The notes: generated by a model from the letters alone, not told the origin. 64,000 nucleotides of DNA from Camelus dromedarius (GCF_036321535.1 NC_087436.1:35466001-35530000); one strand, 5' to 3'. Counted from the stretch's first letter, positions 1 through 14,103 are shown. Numbers and translations: made by a program.

Positions 1-1137
1 AATCAGTATAAATATATATGTCATACCATGAAAAAATGACCACACATAGAGGAAAGATAAGTATGTTTATATCTGAGTTTATGCTATCTTTCTGAGTAAC
101 CTTAGGCAAGTCACATGTACAGTTATAGTCATAGAATAAGATGGGAGGAGTAGATGAGTTCTGAAAGCCCTTTCAGATCTAATATTCGATCAACCACTGG
201 AAAAATCCTCTTAATTTAGATGACACCCTGGACTTCCTTCAGCCATCGGAAGGCCCCACACCAGTTTCAGTAACTGTGCACAAGGCCCCCTGGGCAGGGA
301 CTGTGTCTTGTATAAATATTTACACTTTAAATAAGTCTCCTTCACATAATAACAGCTCGATAAATACCTGGCAATAAAGCATTCTTCTTGTTATAGTTAT
401 ATTTTCATGACCTCAGCAAACCTGTCCCAAAATATTTCCAAAAATTTGATCAACTTGTCTGCACAAATAGCAACGGCTAATCTGGTCTAAGATCCGATGC
501 GAGTGTAAAAACTAATTATGGTAAGACTTAGTACACAGGTTTGAGTAAGCTGCTTTCATTCAATTCTCAGCATGAGAGAGCGTGGCCCCCCAAAGCCACT
601 AAGCACCACTGTTCCTGTGCTCTGCGAGAGCTCGGAGACGTCTTCCATAGCGGCTCTGTTTGATCCATCTTTCTGGTTTGGCCTTCCCTTTGTTCTTCAC
701 AGGAGCCTAAATTTGTTTTGGTAATTTCATCAGCTTCAGAAAAAGCCAGAGTAAGTGTGCTGGTTAAAATATTCAGTGAGCACATCTATCAGCATGTTGT
801 ACATGAGAAACAAAAGGCTAAAGCTGCAGTTGTAGCTTTAGGAGCCAGCAGCCAGAATGGGTAGCTAGAGCAGCCCACAATCAGGAAACCAACGGGCCAA
901 CGGCATGGATGCTAAGGGCAGAGAGCCCCACAGCAGACAGCTCCTCCGCTGAGCTGGGACAAGGCAAAGTCAAAACAGTGGGGAAGAATGGCAGTGAAGA
1001 GCCATCACCACACTAAACTGATCCAAATCACATTCCTGTCGCTCCTCTATAAATTGAATTTATTTTTTAAATTTTTGGATTGATAAATGGAAAATATGAT
1101 ATATGGTTTAATCATTAAAATTAATCAAAACTTTCAA

Positions 1138-1242
1138 GAGTAGTGTGGTGATCAGTCTGCAATATATACAGATATCGAATCACTATGTTTTATATCTGAA
1201 ACTAAGAGAATGTCATATTATCAATTATACCTCAATAAAAAA
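1138..1242 (+). mobile_element. Extremely 5'-truncated L1 3' end (L1MA9/10-like) with A-tail and target-site duplication
   Basis: tggtgatc...gcaatatatacagatatcgaatcactatgttttatatctgaaactaa...tcaattatacctcaataaaaaaa matches the terminal ~100 bp of eutherian L1s. Flanked by aaaactttcaa (1127-1137) and agaactttcaa (1243-1253). Confidence 0.85.
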
Positions 1243-2954
1243 AGAACTTTCAATTTTCTAGTTACCATGTAGTACTGAATGCACTGTAAAATATTTAACA
1301 GAACTAAACATACTTATTTAACCAGCATTATATTTACTTTTGAAAGCAAGGAGCAGGAAAGAGATCCATTAAAATAAATGCAGTAGATTATTTTAAGTAG
1401 AAAGATACACCCCCAAGAGGGGAAAAAGTCTGTGGAGGCAATAGCAAATGTTTTCTGGGACTTTCAGTATAAAAGTCATGGGTTCAGCTCCTGGCTTTCT
1501 TACTACTCCATACTATATCATAACGGACTTTGGTTTACAAATCTTTTGTGTTTTTAACCATAATCAGTTATGTGAGTCAAATCAGCAATGTTCAAAAAGG
1601 GTCTGTTTAATTCTTAGCTACATATAGAGATTCCAAATGTTGGACGCATGTATGTGGAAGATACAATTTTTTTTCTTCTAGGAGCATACTATCATTTATA
1701 AACTCAAGTAAATGTTTATAATTGTGGCTATGCAAAAAAAATACATAATCATACCTCCAATAAAAGCCTCTATTTGAGAAATAAGCTATGGTGGTTGCAT
1801 TATGTTGCATATGTATGTCTACTATGTGACATACACGGGAATATAAAATGTCACGAAGTAAAACAGACCCTAAGTAATCAACTTTAAAATATATTTCACC
1901 TAAGATGGAGGGAATTTGAAGACTACTGATCCATGGTAGTTTAGTTAAGATACTGCCTCTTACATGAACATCCCAATTCATCCCCTGACAGTGATTTTCA
2001 TTCTTCCTCTAAGCTCCTTCAAATTTTTATTTTCATCTTCCCTTTTCGTTTTCTAACTACTGTGTTATGTACTGCAGGACTTATTTTGGATAATTTATTT
2101 TTCAGCCAGATCATAAACTTCAGGAAAAGGTGCAACTTAAAATTTTTTGTGAACTCCATCTACATGCATACACATTGCTCACCATATTGTAATCACTTAA
2201 TAAATGTTGGTTGGATGAATTCATACTGTCTTTTCCCCCTAGGCAGCTCTGGAGTCAGAAGTGTAATAGCCTTTATAGCTTTTAAGTATTCTGATATTCT
2301 CCCCAAATGAAACATCCTAGAGATCTCAAAATCCCGGGAAGGGCTCCAAGTAGAGCTGATGAAAGGTGCACAACTTCTCACTAAGTGGCCTGGAGAGGCG
2401 CAGCTCTCCCCGGCACCTTGTAAATGACTTGTGACAGAAGTGCGTTTTATCATCCAAATAAGAAACTCCATCACTGCAACAGACCTGCAAGACAGCAATG
2501 GCCAGCCAACCAGAAGTGATGAGAAGTCTGGTGTAAAACACAACGATGAATAGGAACCGGGTTTTGACCTGGACTGAGGACTGGTCCACTGAGGGGTGGG
2601 AGCCATGTTGGTACCCGAATTAGAAGTCAGTGGGACACAGAAGAAAGACTGTTGCAATCAGTGTCAGAGGCCTTGATGCCAGTTCTTAATCTGCCACCAG
2701 GTAATTCCTGACTGAGGGAACATCACTTAATATCGCTGGCCTCAAGGTATTTTAAGTTCTCTTATTTTTTAATTTGAAGAGGTTAAACTCAAGATGCTCT
2801 GATGTTTCTATAAGCTATTACATTCTATGCTCACAAATCAAATAAATCGTAAGCCTCTTGGTAACTCTGCAGACCTCAACAGTATTTTGAGGATTTTTTT
2901 AAAGCACGGTATCTGAGTCGGAAACAGATGATAATAGTAGTAATTATAATAACT

Positions 2955-3150
2955 AATATTCATTTATTTAACAGATATTTGTGAAGACCTGCGTGCTATC
3001 AGCTGCTCTTCTAGGTAATAAGGATACAGCAGAGAACAAAACATACCTGGTTTCACAGAACTTATGTTCTAGTTTAGGGAGGCAACACTTAACAAATATA
3101 ATCCAGTGTGTCTGACTGCAGTGAGGACCTAGGAGAAAAATAATACAGAG
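2955..3150 (-). mobile_element. L2 LINE 3' end fragment
   Basis: attcatttatttaacagatatttgtgaagacc...ctaggtaataaggatacagcagagaacaaaaca...agaacttatgttctagt is the typical antisense L2 3' end. Confidence 0.75.
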
Positions 3151-3187
3151 ATCGGTGATGGAAAGTGCCAAAAGGCATTTCAGTGCA

Positions 3188-3410
3188 TACTATTGAATAT
3201 TTGTTACAGGGCACATGTTTTACATGTATTCTCTCATTACATCCCAACAACAATCCTAGGAGACAGGTATTATTTCTCTACACCCTACTGCACAGATGGG
3301 GAAAAAAATGGGCACAGAGACATCAGTTAAATTCCCCAAGGTCACAGAGATAGGAAGTAATGAAACGCCAGAGCCTGTGCCCTAACCACTATGTAGTACT
3401 GTCTCCTGCC
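3188..3410 (-). mobile_element. MIR SINE
   Basis: ttttacatgtattctctcattacatcccaacaacaatcctagg...acagatggggaaa...cccaaggtcacagag...taaccactatg is the antisense MIR core. Confidence 0.8.
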
Positions 3411-3847
3411 AAGTATCACAGTACAAGTCTTTAAAAATTTCATAAACCAAAATAAGCACACATATTTTGTGCATTTAGAACTCTTTCTTTTCTCCCCCAC
3501 TATGTTAATCACATAAAAACTATTGGAAGTGTTAAAATTTTTAGAAGATGGAATCTTGACACTTGATTTTGGCTTAAATCAGTGCATCTTGGACAGTAAG
3601 TTTCAAAAGCACATGTAACAACCATAATGAAAACATCAAAACTGAAAAAAATGGCTTCATGGCATGGTCCTCAGTCTTCAACCTGCTGGGTTGGTGAAGT
3701 GTTCTAAATGAATAGACCCTAAACACCACAATTATCTAGGTACTTGATTGAAGCTTGTTCAAGAAGATACAAGAAGTCATGTTTCAATGGAGCATAACGT
3801 CAGAGGCTGGAAGAGAATCAGATTTCACACAGAGCAGAGACACACGA

Positions 3848-4108
3848 CAGTAACACAGAGGAGTGGATACATTCAGGGCTCAGTGGATACTCAGACCTGG
3901 CTTCAAGCTAGCTCTCTTTCTAGCCCTATCTCCTTAGGCAAGCCTACTAGCTTCCATGAACCCCAATGTCCTTATCTTTAGAAGAATTATAATAATATCA
4001 ACATTATATGCATTTTGTGAGAATTAAAAGAGTTCACTTATGTTAAAGGCTTATTAGCCCAGTATTGGCAAATAGGAAATCTGCAATAAATGTTATGCTA
4101 CTGTCATT
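3848..4108 (+). mobile_element. MIR SINE
   Basis: cagacctggcttcaag...ccttaggcaag...ttgtgagaattaaa...caataaatgttatgctactgtcattat matches the MIR core and tail. Confidence 0.75.
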
Positions 4109-5530
4109 ATCGTGAATAAACGTACCAACTTGGGCAAAAGAGACTTGCATACCCAGGGGAGTAAGAAGTCTGATACCTAACAGGACACTTAACGTTATTT
4201 TTCAAAGAACCCACCCTGCATGTGAATGTTGAAGGAACCCCCCCAACACACACCTCCTCCCCAAATTGCTGCTTCAGGAAAATGTTTAGACACCAACAGT
4301 TAGCAGTAGCAGCATTTCCAAACAAAAAAAGGGCAATGACATAACTTTGACTTGTTTCTGTACATTGATATAAATAACTCAACTAATGATAATGTCTTAC
4401 ACAAAGAACGAAGGCGACTCCAGTGGTATGTAAAAACAGCCCTCTAGCCCCAGCCGCCTTCGCCAGCTCACAATAGCCACTGATGACCTGATCATTTCCT
4501 CTCTGTTTGGAGGACTTGAAGGCACTTCCCAGCAAGGAAACTTGTGACATTAAAGCTACGCTCATTCCCAATTTATACAGATTTCGTCCCATCGTATCAA
4601 CAGCCCATATAGCCAAAGAAAGGACTTTCTAACACGTTTCCATGGTGTTTATGTGTTTCTACCCTAAACAGACAGACGCAGATTAAGCAATGCATGTCAA
4701 TCCCATTATGAGGCTGTGAAATGGGCAGTTTTGCTACACACTCATGCAATCACACACACTGTGAACATCCTGTTTATTTGGCTCGTCCTCCAATGATTGG
4801 CCGCGGTGTATCAGCACATTACTGACAGCTGGGAAAGTCTCCAGTGGAACATGCCTTTCCGATGACAAACATCCAAATAGCAATGGGAACACGTGTCTGC
4901 CCACTGGGTCCTTACAAAGCAGCACAGTTTCTCCAAATGCAGAGGGTGTTGGGTGCCGGGGTTTTGTTGGAACGCCACCGAGGGGCCCCTGGTGACCTTG
5001 AGAGGCCGTATGAGATAATACATTCTTGGACCCCTATTTCCGGACCGCTTTGGGCAAGGTCAGGATGGCAGATATCCCACTTCCACAATATCAGATGTTA
5101 CGGTAATTCCTTTTAGCTAATGTGTAAGAGCAAAGGAATGCCTTCAAACCTCATCTAGGCCCTGTGGAATCTGTTGAAAATGCATGACAGCTGTGGGCTT
5201 TGGCGAGGCTGTCTGTGAATGTATGAGATTTGGACACAATTCAAAGCTAGAAATAACTGTACAACTCATAACCCTGCACCACTGCTTGCCCCCTCTCCCC
5301 CTCTCCCCATCTCCCTCTCTCTCTCTCCACATCACTCATCTCGCACACGCTGAAGCAGGGTCACCATCTCTCTTCCTCATGACTTTCATGCATTCTTCAC
5401 GGCCGGGAACTGTGGGTAACATCCTCCCCACACAAACACAGATGTGAAAAGAAGAAAGAAACAGGGGCGGGGGTCAGGGCAACAGAATGATTTTAATAAG
5501 GCCTGAGAACAGGAAATTGAGAAAGAGACT

Positions 5531-5561
<31 letters not shown>

Positions 5562-6038
5562 GTATCCAATTGGGAGCAGGGAAGCAGCAACAAACTCACC
5601 CACTTGTTTAAAAGCCCATCTGCAGTTAGAATCACCATCGAGTTTTCCAGTGATTTATAGAGGCACTCGTTTTCTGAAACCTGCATTATTTTTAAAGGCT
5701 GTGACTATTTACACTTGGCTCTTGCCACTTTTATAAGTGTTCTATGCCCCTCACCATTTACTCTCTCACAGCAAGAGTCTGTGTGTAATGCTGCTGAGAA
5801 GCGTAGGATGGTTGGAAAAAGTCCTAAGAGGAATGGGGTCCACTTAAAGACTCTCTTTTCTTAAATCAAATGACTGTTATCCAAACACTATTGAGTCTGA
5901 CCTCAAAATTCCTACTCTTGTCATTTTAACTTAAACGTCATCTCAAGATTCAAAGACCTCTGGCAACACGACTCATGAAGAGTATGACATCCTAGGAAAC
6001 ACTGGCTCTTCTCCTGCGACTCCTGCTACTGCCACGTA

Positions 6039-6215
6039 CAGTCCAGCTGCCCGTCAGTGTCTGTGGGGCGTTGGTTCCGGACCTCCATGGATAAAGGAAT
6101 CCGTGGATGCTCAGGTCCCTTATGTGCAACGGTGCAGCACAGTACATCTCTGTGTCCACAGGTTCTCTTGGTTGGCTCTGCAGATGTGGAAATCATGGTT
6201 ATGGAGGACTGGTTG
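6039..6215. mobile_element. MER2-like Tigger (TcMar) non-autonomous DNA transposon, internally deleted
   Basis: ta|cagt...gtggggcgttggttccggacctccatggata...aatccgtggatgctcaggtcccttat...gcagatgtggaaatcatggttatggaggactggttg resembles both ends of MER2. TA precedes the left end. Confidence 0.7.
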
Positions 6216-7388
6216 CATATCTAAAGTATTACCTCTTGGCACAGTCAGGTTATTCTCATACAGTTTTTCCTTTTGGTTAACCCCGGCTTTGACACACATG
6301 GTGGCTGTGTGTCAGTCATTAACAACATGGACCCTTAACTAGCCCAAAATAAACCACACATTATCATTCTCCAAAGTTTGGCTCAGATAACTCCCCAAGA
6401 TGGAGGTTTTAAAAGTAAGGAATTATTTCTACAGCTAACATTACCCCATTGATATCCTAAAATGAAACAAAAACACACATATAATACTTAAAAATAACTT
6501 AGGGCATGGAAAGCAACATAAAGGGGAAAAAACAATTCCTACTGAGAATTTGCTGGATGCTGTCAAGCACCTCACGAGCCAGCTGGATCTATTCAATTGT
6601 TCAGAAGCAAAGAAAATATTATTCTGGCCATCCATGCACTAAAACTTGTAACACCTAACTAGAAGAAGAGATTCCCAAAGAAACTCACTGGAGGGACACA
6701 GATGCTTGCCTGGGGGCATTTACTCTTACATTACGATCAAGTCTAACAAGCTGTGTTGTTTGGATTCCCAGGCCACGATGGATTAGAAACAGCATGTTCA
6801 AGAAAGACAGCGTTCTAGTAGAGGAAAGTGTGCTGGCAGCTACCAGAAGCACGGCTGGCCAGCTCACAGCAAGAGAACAGAACAACAGTTCACGATGTGA
6901 TCGTCCAGGGCTTTTAGGAAAGGGGTCCCAGAACATCACAATATAGCACAGAACAATAATGGATGTTCATAATCTGGACCTTGAGTCATCCAGGAAAAGA
7001 GACAGAATGTCTAAGAATCCATGGAGGTGTACAGTACACTTAAGGTATATTCATATCAAAAGAGCAGAAAATTAGAAATTTTGGTAGTTCAGAAGAGCAG
7101 ATTTCCTTTATGTCTAAAGTAAATAAATGTGAAATACCTCATCGTTCCCAAATCACAGATTTTTAAATCATTGTATTTAAATACAGAAGACTTAACAAGA
7201 ATTTAATATCAGTCATTTTTCTTATCCTCATAATCCACAAGATAGACATTACATGCCATCAACCTCACTTAAGCACTTCTTAAAAAACTTCAAGAATATT
7301 CTACCAGAGAAGAAAACCACAGACAGAGATGCTGCTCTATCACTTAATGTCTAAATATGGATATGGATAATGGTACACATATCACTCT

Positions 7389-7413
7389 ACACACACACAC
7401 ACACACACACACA
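7389..7413. repeat. (AC)n microsatellite
   Basis: Directly visible AC run. Confidence 0.95.
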
Positions 7414-7776
7414 CCACTCCACACCAGTGACAGTGAATGAGGCAAGTGAGTGAGTTAGGCAAGACTAAGGGGACGGACATTTCTGACGTAGAGCATTTAT
7501 GGACACAGTCAGCAAGAAGCAGACATGCTTAGGGACGAGCTCGTCTGGATGGAAGAGAGAGTGTCTGTCCCCCTGTCTCATTATCTCTACTCTCTTGCCT
7601 GGACTTCACACTAGCTCTTCCTAGCACTGAGATTCCCATGCCCCGCTGTCAACACAATACTCCAACCTGGCTCTCATCCTGTATCTACGACTGCCTGCTC
7701 GGAAACTCCCTTGACCAATTCTATAATCAACACCAGTGCCACATCCCCTTCTCATGATAACTACCCTCTGTACCAC

Positions 7777-8205
7777 TGTATTAGTTTCCCAAGCCTGCCA
7801 TAACGAATAACCACAAACTGGGTGGCTTAATACAAGAGAAATGTGTTCTCTCGTAATTCTAGAAGCTAAAGGTCAGAAGCCAAGGTGTAGGGTCATGCAC
7901 TCTCTGAAGGCTCTAGGGGAGAATCCTTCCTGGCCTCTTTCAGCTTCTGGTGATTACAAGCACTCCTTGGCTTATGGCAACATAACTCCAGACTCCGCCT
8001 CCATCGCCACACAGCCTTCTTCTCTGTGTGTCTGTCTCCTCTTCTAGAAGGACACCAATCATCAAACTTAGGGCCCACCCCAAGTCCATTGTAATTCATC
8101 CCAAGGTCCTTAAGTAATAACATCTGCAAAGGCCCTATTTCCAAAGAAGGTTATATTCTGAGACTCCAGGTAGACAAATTGGGGGATACTATTCATCCCA
8201 CTACA
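7777..8205 (-). mobile_element. MLT1C/B-like MaLR solo LTR
   Basis: tgtattagtttccc...ccacaaactgggtggcttaa...ctctgaaggctctaggggagaatcc...acatctgcaaaggccctatttccaaa...cccactaca, with TG...CA termini. Confidence 0.9.
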
Positions 8206-8319
8206 CCTATCCACATAGTTACTGAAAAGAACAGCCACATTGTACAGTATGATTCTACCCCTCTGGCTGTGCATAAATATTCCAATGACAGACATCTGTG
8301 AACACCAGCTGGTCCTCAT

Positions 8320-8928
8320 TTGACAGCCGTTCCTCTCCCCTTCTTCCCTAGTCTTAGGTACCTCTCTCCAAAGTCAGCTGCTGCAAGTTCCAGACACTTG
8401 CTTTCCTCACAGCCAAGAGTGACCACGTGACTCAGTTCAGCCTTGGAGACAAGAGATGAAATGCAGGAGAGACTTGATTTACTTGGAAGCTAATGAAACT
8501 TCAGCTTAGGGCTCCATTCTCCCAATGACCCCATCCAAGACCTTGTGCATAAGTTTGTATTTTTAATATTGTTCTGTTTTTATGGAAGATGATCCCCCAA
8601 ATTGCATTTGTTGAGGCCCCACTAAAGCTGAAGCGCAGTCCTTTCCCTCCTGGCAAACAGGGACTGTCACACGGAGAGTCTTCTTTCCCGCCCCCTTCCC
8701 CCCGCTTCAGGTGCCCGTAAGGATGTGAAGATTGGAGCAACAGTGGCCACTGTGCTGTGGTGAGAGGAATGCGGAAGGAGTCCCAGACAGTCCGCCCTTG
8801 GCACCGTTCAGGGCTGAACCAGCCCTCGAGCCTCCTCCCTCCAGATTTCCTGCTGTGTGAGAAAAATATACAATAAGGGGTTACTTAGGTTTTCTCTGTC
8901 ATACAGCAAAAAGTTTCCCAACTGATAG
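8320..8928 (+). mobile_element. Old MaLR/ERVL-type LTR (MLT1J/K-like) interrupted by MER53
   Basis: gaccacgtgactcagttc at the 5' side; ...ccagccctcgagcctcctccctccagatttcctgctgtgtgagaaaaata...ctgtcatacagcaaaaagtttcccaactgata at the 3' side. Confidence 0.6.
8468..8642 (+). mobile_element. MER53 (hAT) nested in the LTR
   Basis: gatttacttggaagctaatgaaacttcagcttagggctcc...ccaagaccttgtgcataagtttgtattt...cccccaaattgcatttgttgaggccccactaaagctg is collinear with the recalled MER53 consensus. Confidence 0.75.
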
Positions 8929-9419
8929 AGCAATTAACCTTGGCTGAGCCAGTTAGAGCCTTGCCCTGAATTTCTGGACTTGAGTCTCAGAGAGTCTTGT
9001 CATTGTGCCTTTGTTGGCTAAAATCACAAACTATACAATTCTGGGACCTTTGGCTACCTGAATTCCAGCCACATGGATAAAACCACTCTATAGAGAGAGA
9101 GAATGAACGTGGCCCATGCAGAGAAGCCTGGCTAAGGCACAGAGAACGAAGCTTCATGCTCTGGGCCCCGATGCCCAATGTTATGGGAGACTGTGGCCTT
9201 TATTCAGTCTTGCTTGTCTAATTATTTCATAGCTTATCCTCCCATTAAAAGCCTCTCTTGCTTTTAAACCAATTCAGGTGTGATTTCTTCCACTAAGAAG
9301 TTAAGTGGACTAATTAGTAAAGCTTCCTTTCCTTCTCCCATTCCCTGTGGTATTTCTTCTCTTACTTCTCTTTCCCTTCTGCCAAGGACCTGGAATCCAA
9401 TCTCCTGGCTTCGAAAGCC

Positions 9420-9670
9420 CTTGGTGATTAAGAGCAAGCTATGCAGTCAGACACACCTGGGTTTACTTCCTGATTCTGTTACTTACCAGCAATGAAGCAT
9501 TGGCAAGTAACCATCTCAAAGCCTCATTTATATTATTTCAAAGAAGAGGCTCATGGTAATAACAATCTCCTGTAGTACTAAGACATAAGTAAACTGGTAT
9601 GTATAGAGCATTCAATAAAATGCTTGACACATGGTAAACACTTATAGATACATACTGATCATTGTCACAA
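9420..9670 (+). mobile_element. MIR SINE
   Basis: gtgattaagagcaagctatgcagtcagacacacctgggttt...ttacttaccagc...ggcaagtaacc...gcctcattt...tgcttgacacatggtaaacact. Confidence 0.8.
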
Positions 9671-12600
9671 AGGCAAATGTTAGCATTATAACTCCTGAAT
9701 CACAAGAAAATAGTCTTTCACTGACCCCAATCTGTCTTACATTTTAACCCTATATCTTTTATTTCCCTCTGAGCCTTTCTTTCCATGAATATTTGTCAAC
9801 TTGACCTTAAACTATATGGATTCCCACTCTTCTTTCTATAACCCCTCCCGCACTCACACTGCAATGAACAGTCCACAGTTCAGTCTGTGACACCACTATC
9901 ATTCTCTGTGTTCTCCAGCCTCAGACCTCGGTCTGGTACTGGTTTTGTTAATTACCCTGTCACATGTATGTAAAGTGTATTCCTAACCAAAACCAAAACC
10001 AAAACAAAATCACAAGGATTATGAATTACAGTTAGTTGTATTTTTCTTTTACTTATTTAGTTTAGCTATTCAATATTTTTTGAAATAAATTTGAGTCGCC
10101 ACATCTTGAATCTATTGTGCTAGACACAGGTGATGGTTCAAAAACAAATGAGGCTTAATTCATTGGTCATAAAGAACTTGTTTCCTCTACGAGGAGTTAT
10201 GACATGTGGGCAAACTGTTACTGTTTTTATCACATTTTTCCAGGCCTTGGGGGGAAAAGGCAAAGTGTTTAGAGATTTCAGAATTGTACACTACTCCTAT
10301 CCAAAGAACACTTTCTTCTAGAAAGTATTACACATGGGTAAGAAGAACACCTAACTGCAGGGAGCCCTGCTCATTATAAACATACGAACTGAATTTGTAA
10401 AAGAATACACGGATGCCCTGTCACCTGGGATCCAGCAGACAGAGCAGGTCCAGCCCGACCTGTGCTTTTTAACGTTGGCTCTTATGTCAAACCTCTTTCA
10501 GCTCCCAAATCATCATTTCTTCAAATCTCTTGCTGTTTGTCCCCAAGACAAAAGACAAATGCATCCGTGTGCTGCGGTGGACTTCAGAGGTACAGTGCTT
10601 CGTTATGTGGGGAAGACCTGGGCAGCAGAATCCACCAGGTGAAAGAAGATGCAAATGCATCCACTTGTCCTGTCCTTCTCAGGGTAGATGCAATCGATTC
10701 TTGCAAAATGCAGGCTCTATCCCCAGCTGTTGCAGAGCACCCATTTTCTTCTCCAGATGATCCAGGTGTGGCATCGGGACACAGTCCTATTTCAGTAAAC
10801 TAGCACATTTGTCACTAGTGCACATGGAAGCTGAGGGACAGTTTGCAATATCAAACACTTCAAATTTTTCTTAACTTTTGGTATATGTAGGTCTAGAAGT
10901 AATATACCTGACCCGTGATACCGGTTGTTTATATTACCATATGGATTTAGATATTGCTTCAAAAGATGATAAGAGAGATAGACTATTGCTAGCATTTTAT
11001 TCAAGGAAGTTAAAATACTTTAAAACTATTTTCTGGGAGGATATTTTATCATAAGTCAGTTTATTAGAATGGTACAATGTGATGTGTAAAATTTATGGTC
11101 ATTTAGAATCAAACACTGCTTTAAGAATTTCATTGACAGTTCCAGCTATGACAGCCTTAATAGAATTCTCCAAATTAGAAGTTAAAAATCCAAAAGGCTA
11201 GACACTATGGTGACTCAAGACATGCTTTTAAGTGGGGAACACTGCCAATATAACACAACGAGGGTTAGAAAATCTTATTTTAGCATTACTGATTTTTGTT
11301 GACATGAAGGCAAGAAAAAATTTAAGAAATAAACACATAATAATTTATTAATTATGTTTATATTTCATTACTTACCTGAACAATGTCAGTTGATCAATAG
11401 AGAATACCCAGATCTGCATAATAGCACATTTAGTCATCTTGGATATTAGCAACGCCACAGTCTTACACATTTTTCAATTTTGACGTTATCCGGGTTTTTA
11501 GCTAGGTTTATCTTTTAAATATTTAGACAAATGGTATGTGACTCTCATTCATACTTCAGTCCTAAGCCTTGCAAATGTTAACAGCAAGTCTACTTTTGAA
11601 GGTACTTTATGGGTTAAGGACAGTCTGAATTTAGCTTTGAAATACAGGCACTTGTTGAAAGAATACTGAACAAAGTTGAGATTGGGCAGACAGGTGAGAA
11701 GGCACTGCCAGAGATGAGCAAACGTGCAAACCTGGAGATGCCCATATCCACGTCAGAATACAAGGTCCTTGACAGCACAGATCATGTCTGTTTTGTTTAT
11801 TGATACGTCTTTGGAAACTAGAACACAAATATTTTTTCAATGAAAGAATGAATGAATAGCTAAGAGTCTAATATGACTAGACCATAAAGTATATAAAACA
11901 GAATAGTGGGAGATAAGGCTTAAAGGAACAGAAAATAGGAGATAGAAAATACTTCAAATGATATTTTTCTCCAATTCATCAGAAAACAGGGCATTGTTTC
12001 ATAACAGAGAGTGACAGACATCGTCTCCCTCTATCCTCTCTTCAAGATGAGGACAGTGTTGCTCTGGGGCATGGAAATTTTCACTCACAGGAGTAAAGAG
12101 AGAAGAAAAGAATGGTGAAGAGAATAGAAGAAAAGAAAGGAAAAGAAAGAAAGAAAAGCTACATGTGAAGGATCTTTAGGGGCCTTGGGGATAAATCCAG
12201 GCAGACCTCGGGTGGTTTTATTTAGATAAGGGCTCAGCACACTCCCGGGAAGAACAGAGAGAAGATGCATTGGAAGTGACTGTGAGCCTCCAGACTATGT
12301 CTAGACAAGGTGAGGGACAGAGGCCACCTCCTCACCTCTCAGGACATGTCTCCACGAAACACGAGAAACTCATCCTTCAGTGGGAGCACATCACTCAGCT
12401 GTGTCCTTGTGCAATGACAGTGGTCACAACAGTGTTCACAAGTTAACGGGGAAGAGCACTTCAGAGTGCACTGTTACTGGGTTCATTCACTGTGTCCTAT
12501 GACTCAGTCCTCTAAGAAATTCTGGTAAGTTCTCCATGAAAGAAGAGCTTTGAAAAAATAAAATGAGTGATTGGAATTGAAGGGCCATACACTGAAGGCA

Positions 12601-14103
12601 AAGGAAAATATTAAGAGAAGTTCCTCTACAGAACCTGTCAAGAAAATGCAGCACAGCACAGAAGACCCCGTGCAGAAGTCTACAGCTAGAACTATGGGAA
12701 AAAGAGAAAAAATGAGAGCAAATTTCATGAAATGCTCACTTCTCACAAATGTTCTGAGTTGGTTGTTTAAGATTTAAAGTTTTCTGCTCAGTCACCAAGT
12801 TTTTGTAGAATTCTCATATTTTCTTTTAGTTTATAAATATTTTTATTGCTAAAATTGAGGCCTCAGTATAAGACTCCTGACCTGGGTTCACATTTTATAG
12901 CTAAAATAACGTATAAAACCTCAAAAAATTAAATAACCAAATTGTTGAATTTTAGTTGGTTTTAGGTCAGAGAGCAAGAATCCATCGAATTTTATGTTCT
13001 TTCCACTGAAAATAAAGAAATAACCAAGTTGGCCTAAACTTGGCCATAATTCCCCACTGTATCTGGGGCCAAATTTTTCAGTTAATCTGGCACAAAGGTA
13101 GAGTTTTTAATGACACCTGAGACCAGGTGAATTCTTTTAAATGATTTTGATGCTAAAATTTTATAAGGCTACAGAAAACAAAAATTTTCTATTGCCCAAA
13201 TATTCACTAGATGATACTTAAGGACAGAAAATAAAGTTTCTTAGAATAAGTTATCATACAGTACAATTCCTTTGTATTTTAAACTAGTGCTTTCCCCAAA
13301 ATAGGCATATACTAACGTCATGCTTCCATGTGGCTTAGGTCTCAGTCAAGACTTTGAAACACGGAATCAAAGTTCAAATATTCCTTTCCTATTTAATGAT
13401 TTCTTCCATCCAAATTTCATAAGCCAAGGTCAATAAGAATAAAACGTAAGAGTGAATGGAGGTTTTGAAGCAGTGGATTATTTATACTGTGGTTGTGATT
13501 AAGACATAAAGTGGGGAAGTAAGATGTAATTCTATAAACTGATTTCGTGCAAGCTAACATTTTTTTTTAAAACCCCAAATTGGAAATTCCAATATGAACA
13601 TAATTCATCTTAGTTCTGAACCACTAAGAAATTGCTGAGAAGCAGAGTCTGATTCCCTATCAGGGGAAAAAATGTAAAAGATAAGTTTAAGCCAGGCTAT
13701 CTTCCTCCCAAGATACATTTATATCCTAGATATTTCCACCAGGGATTACATTAACAAGTCTTTAGCAAGAGATTTTCTTATTCCCAACACAAACGCCACA
13801 AAAGATATGAATTCTGTCCCTTCAAGGTGTATAATTTAGGTGAACCAAGCAAGCACAGGCAAGGGAGATGAGGCACTGCCAGAACCCAAAATTACCTATA
13901 ATCCAAACACTAGATTGTTCAGAATAGACTACGGTTTCAGAGATTGTCTACAAAATGAAAGTTGTTAGCTAAATTTTAAGAGCAAATAGATCTTGACTTG
14001 GAGACTCACTGACTCATATACCACCCTTAGTGAGTGACTATTAGTCATTGGCACCAAGTGAAATTGTGGAGAGTCAAAGATGACAGAGTCCACACTCTCT
14101 ACA

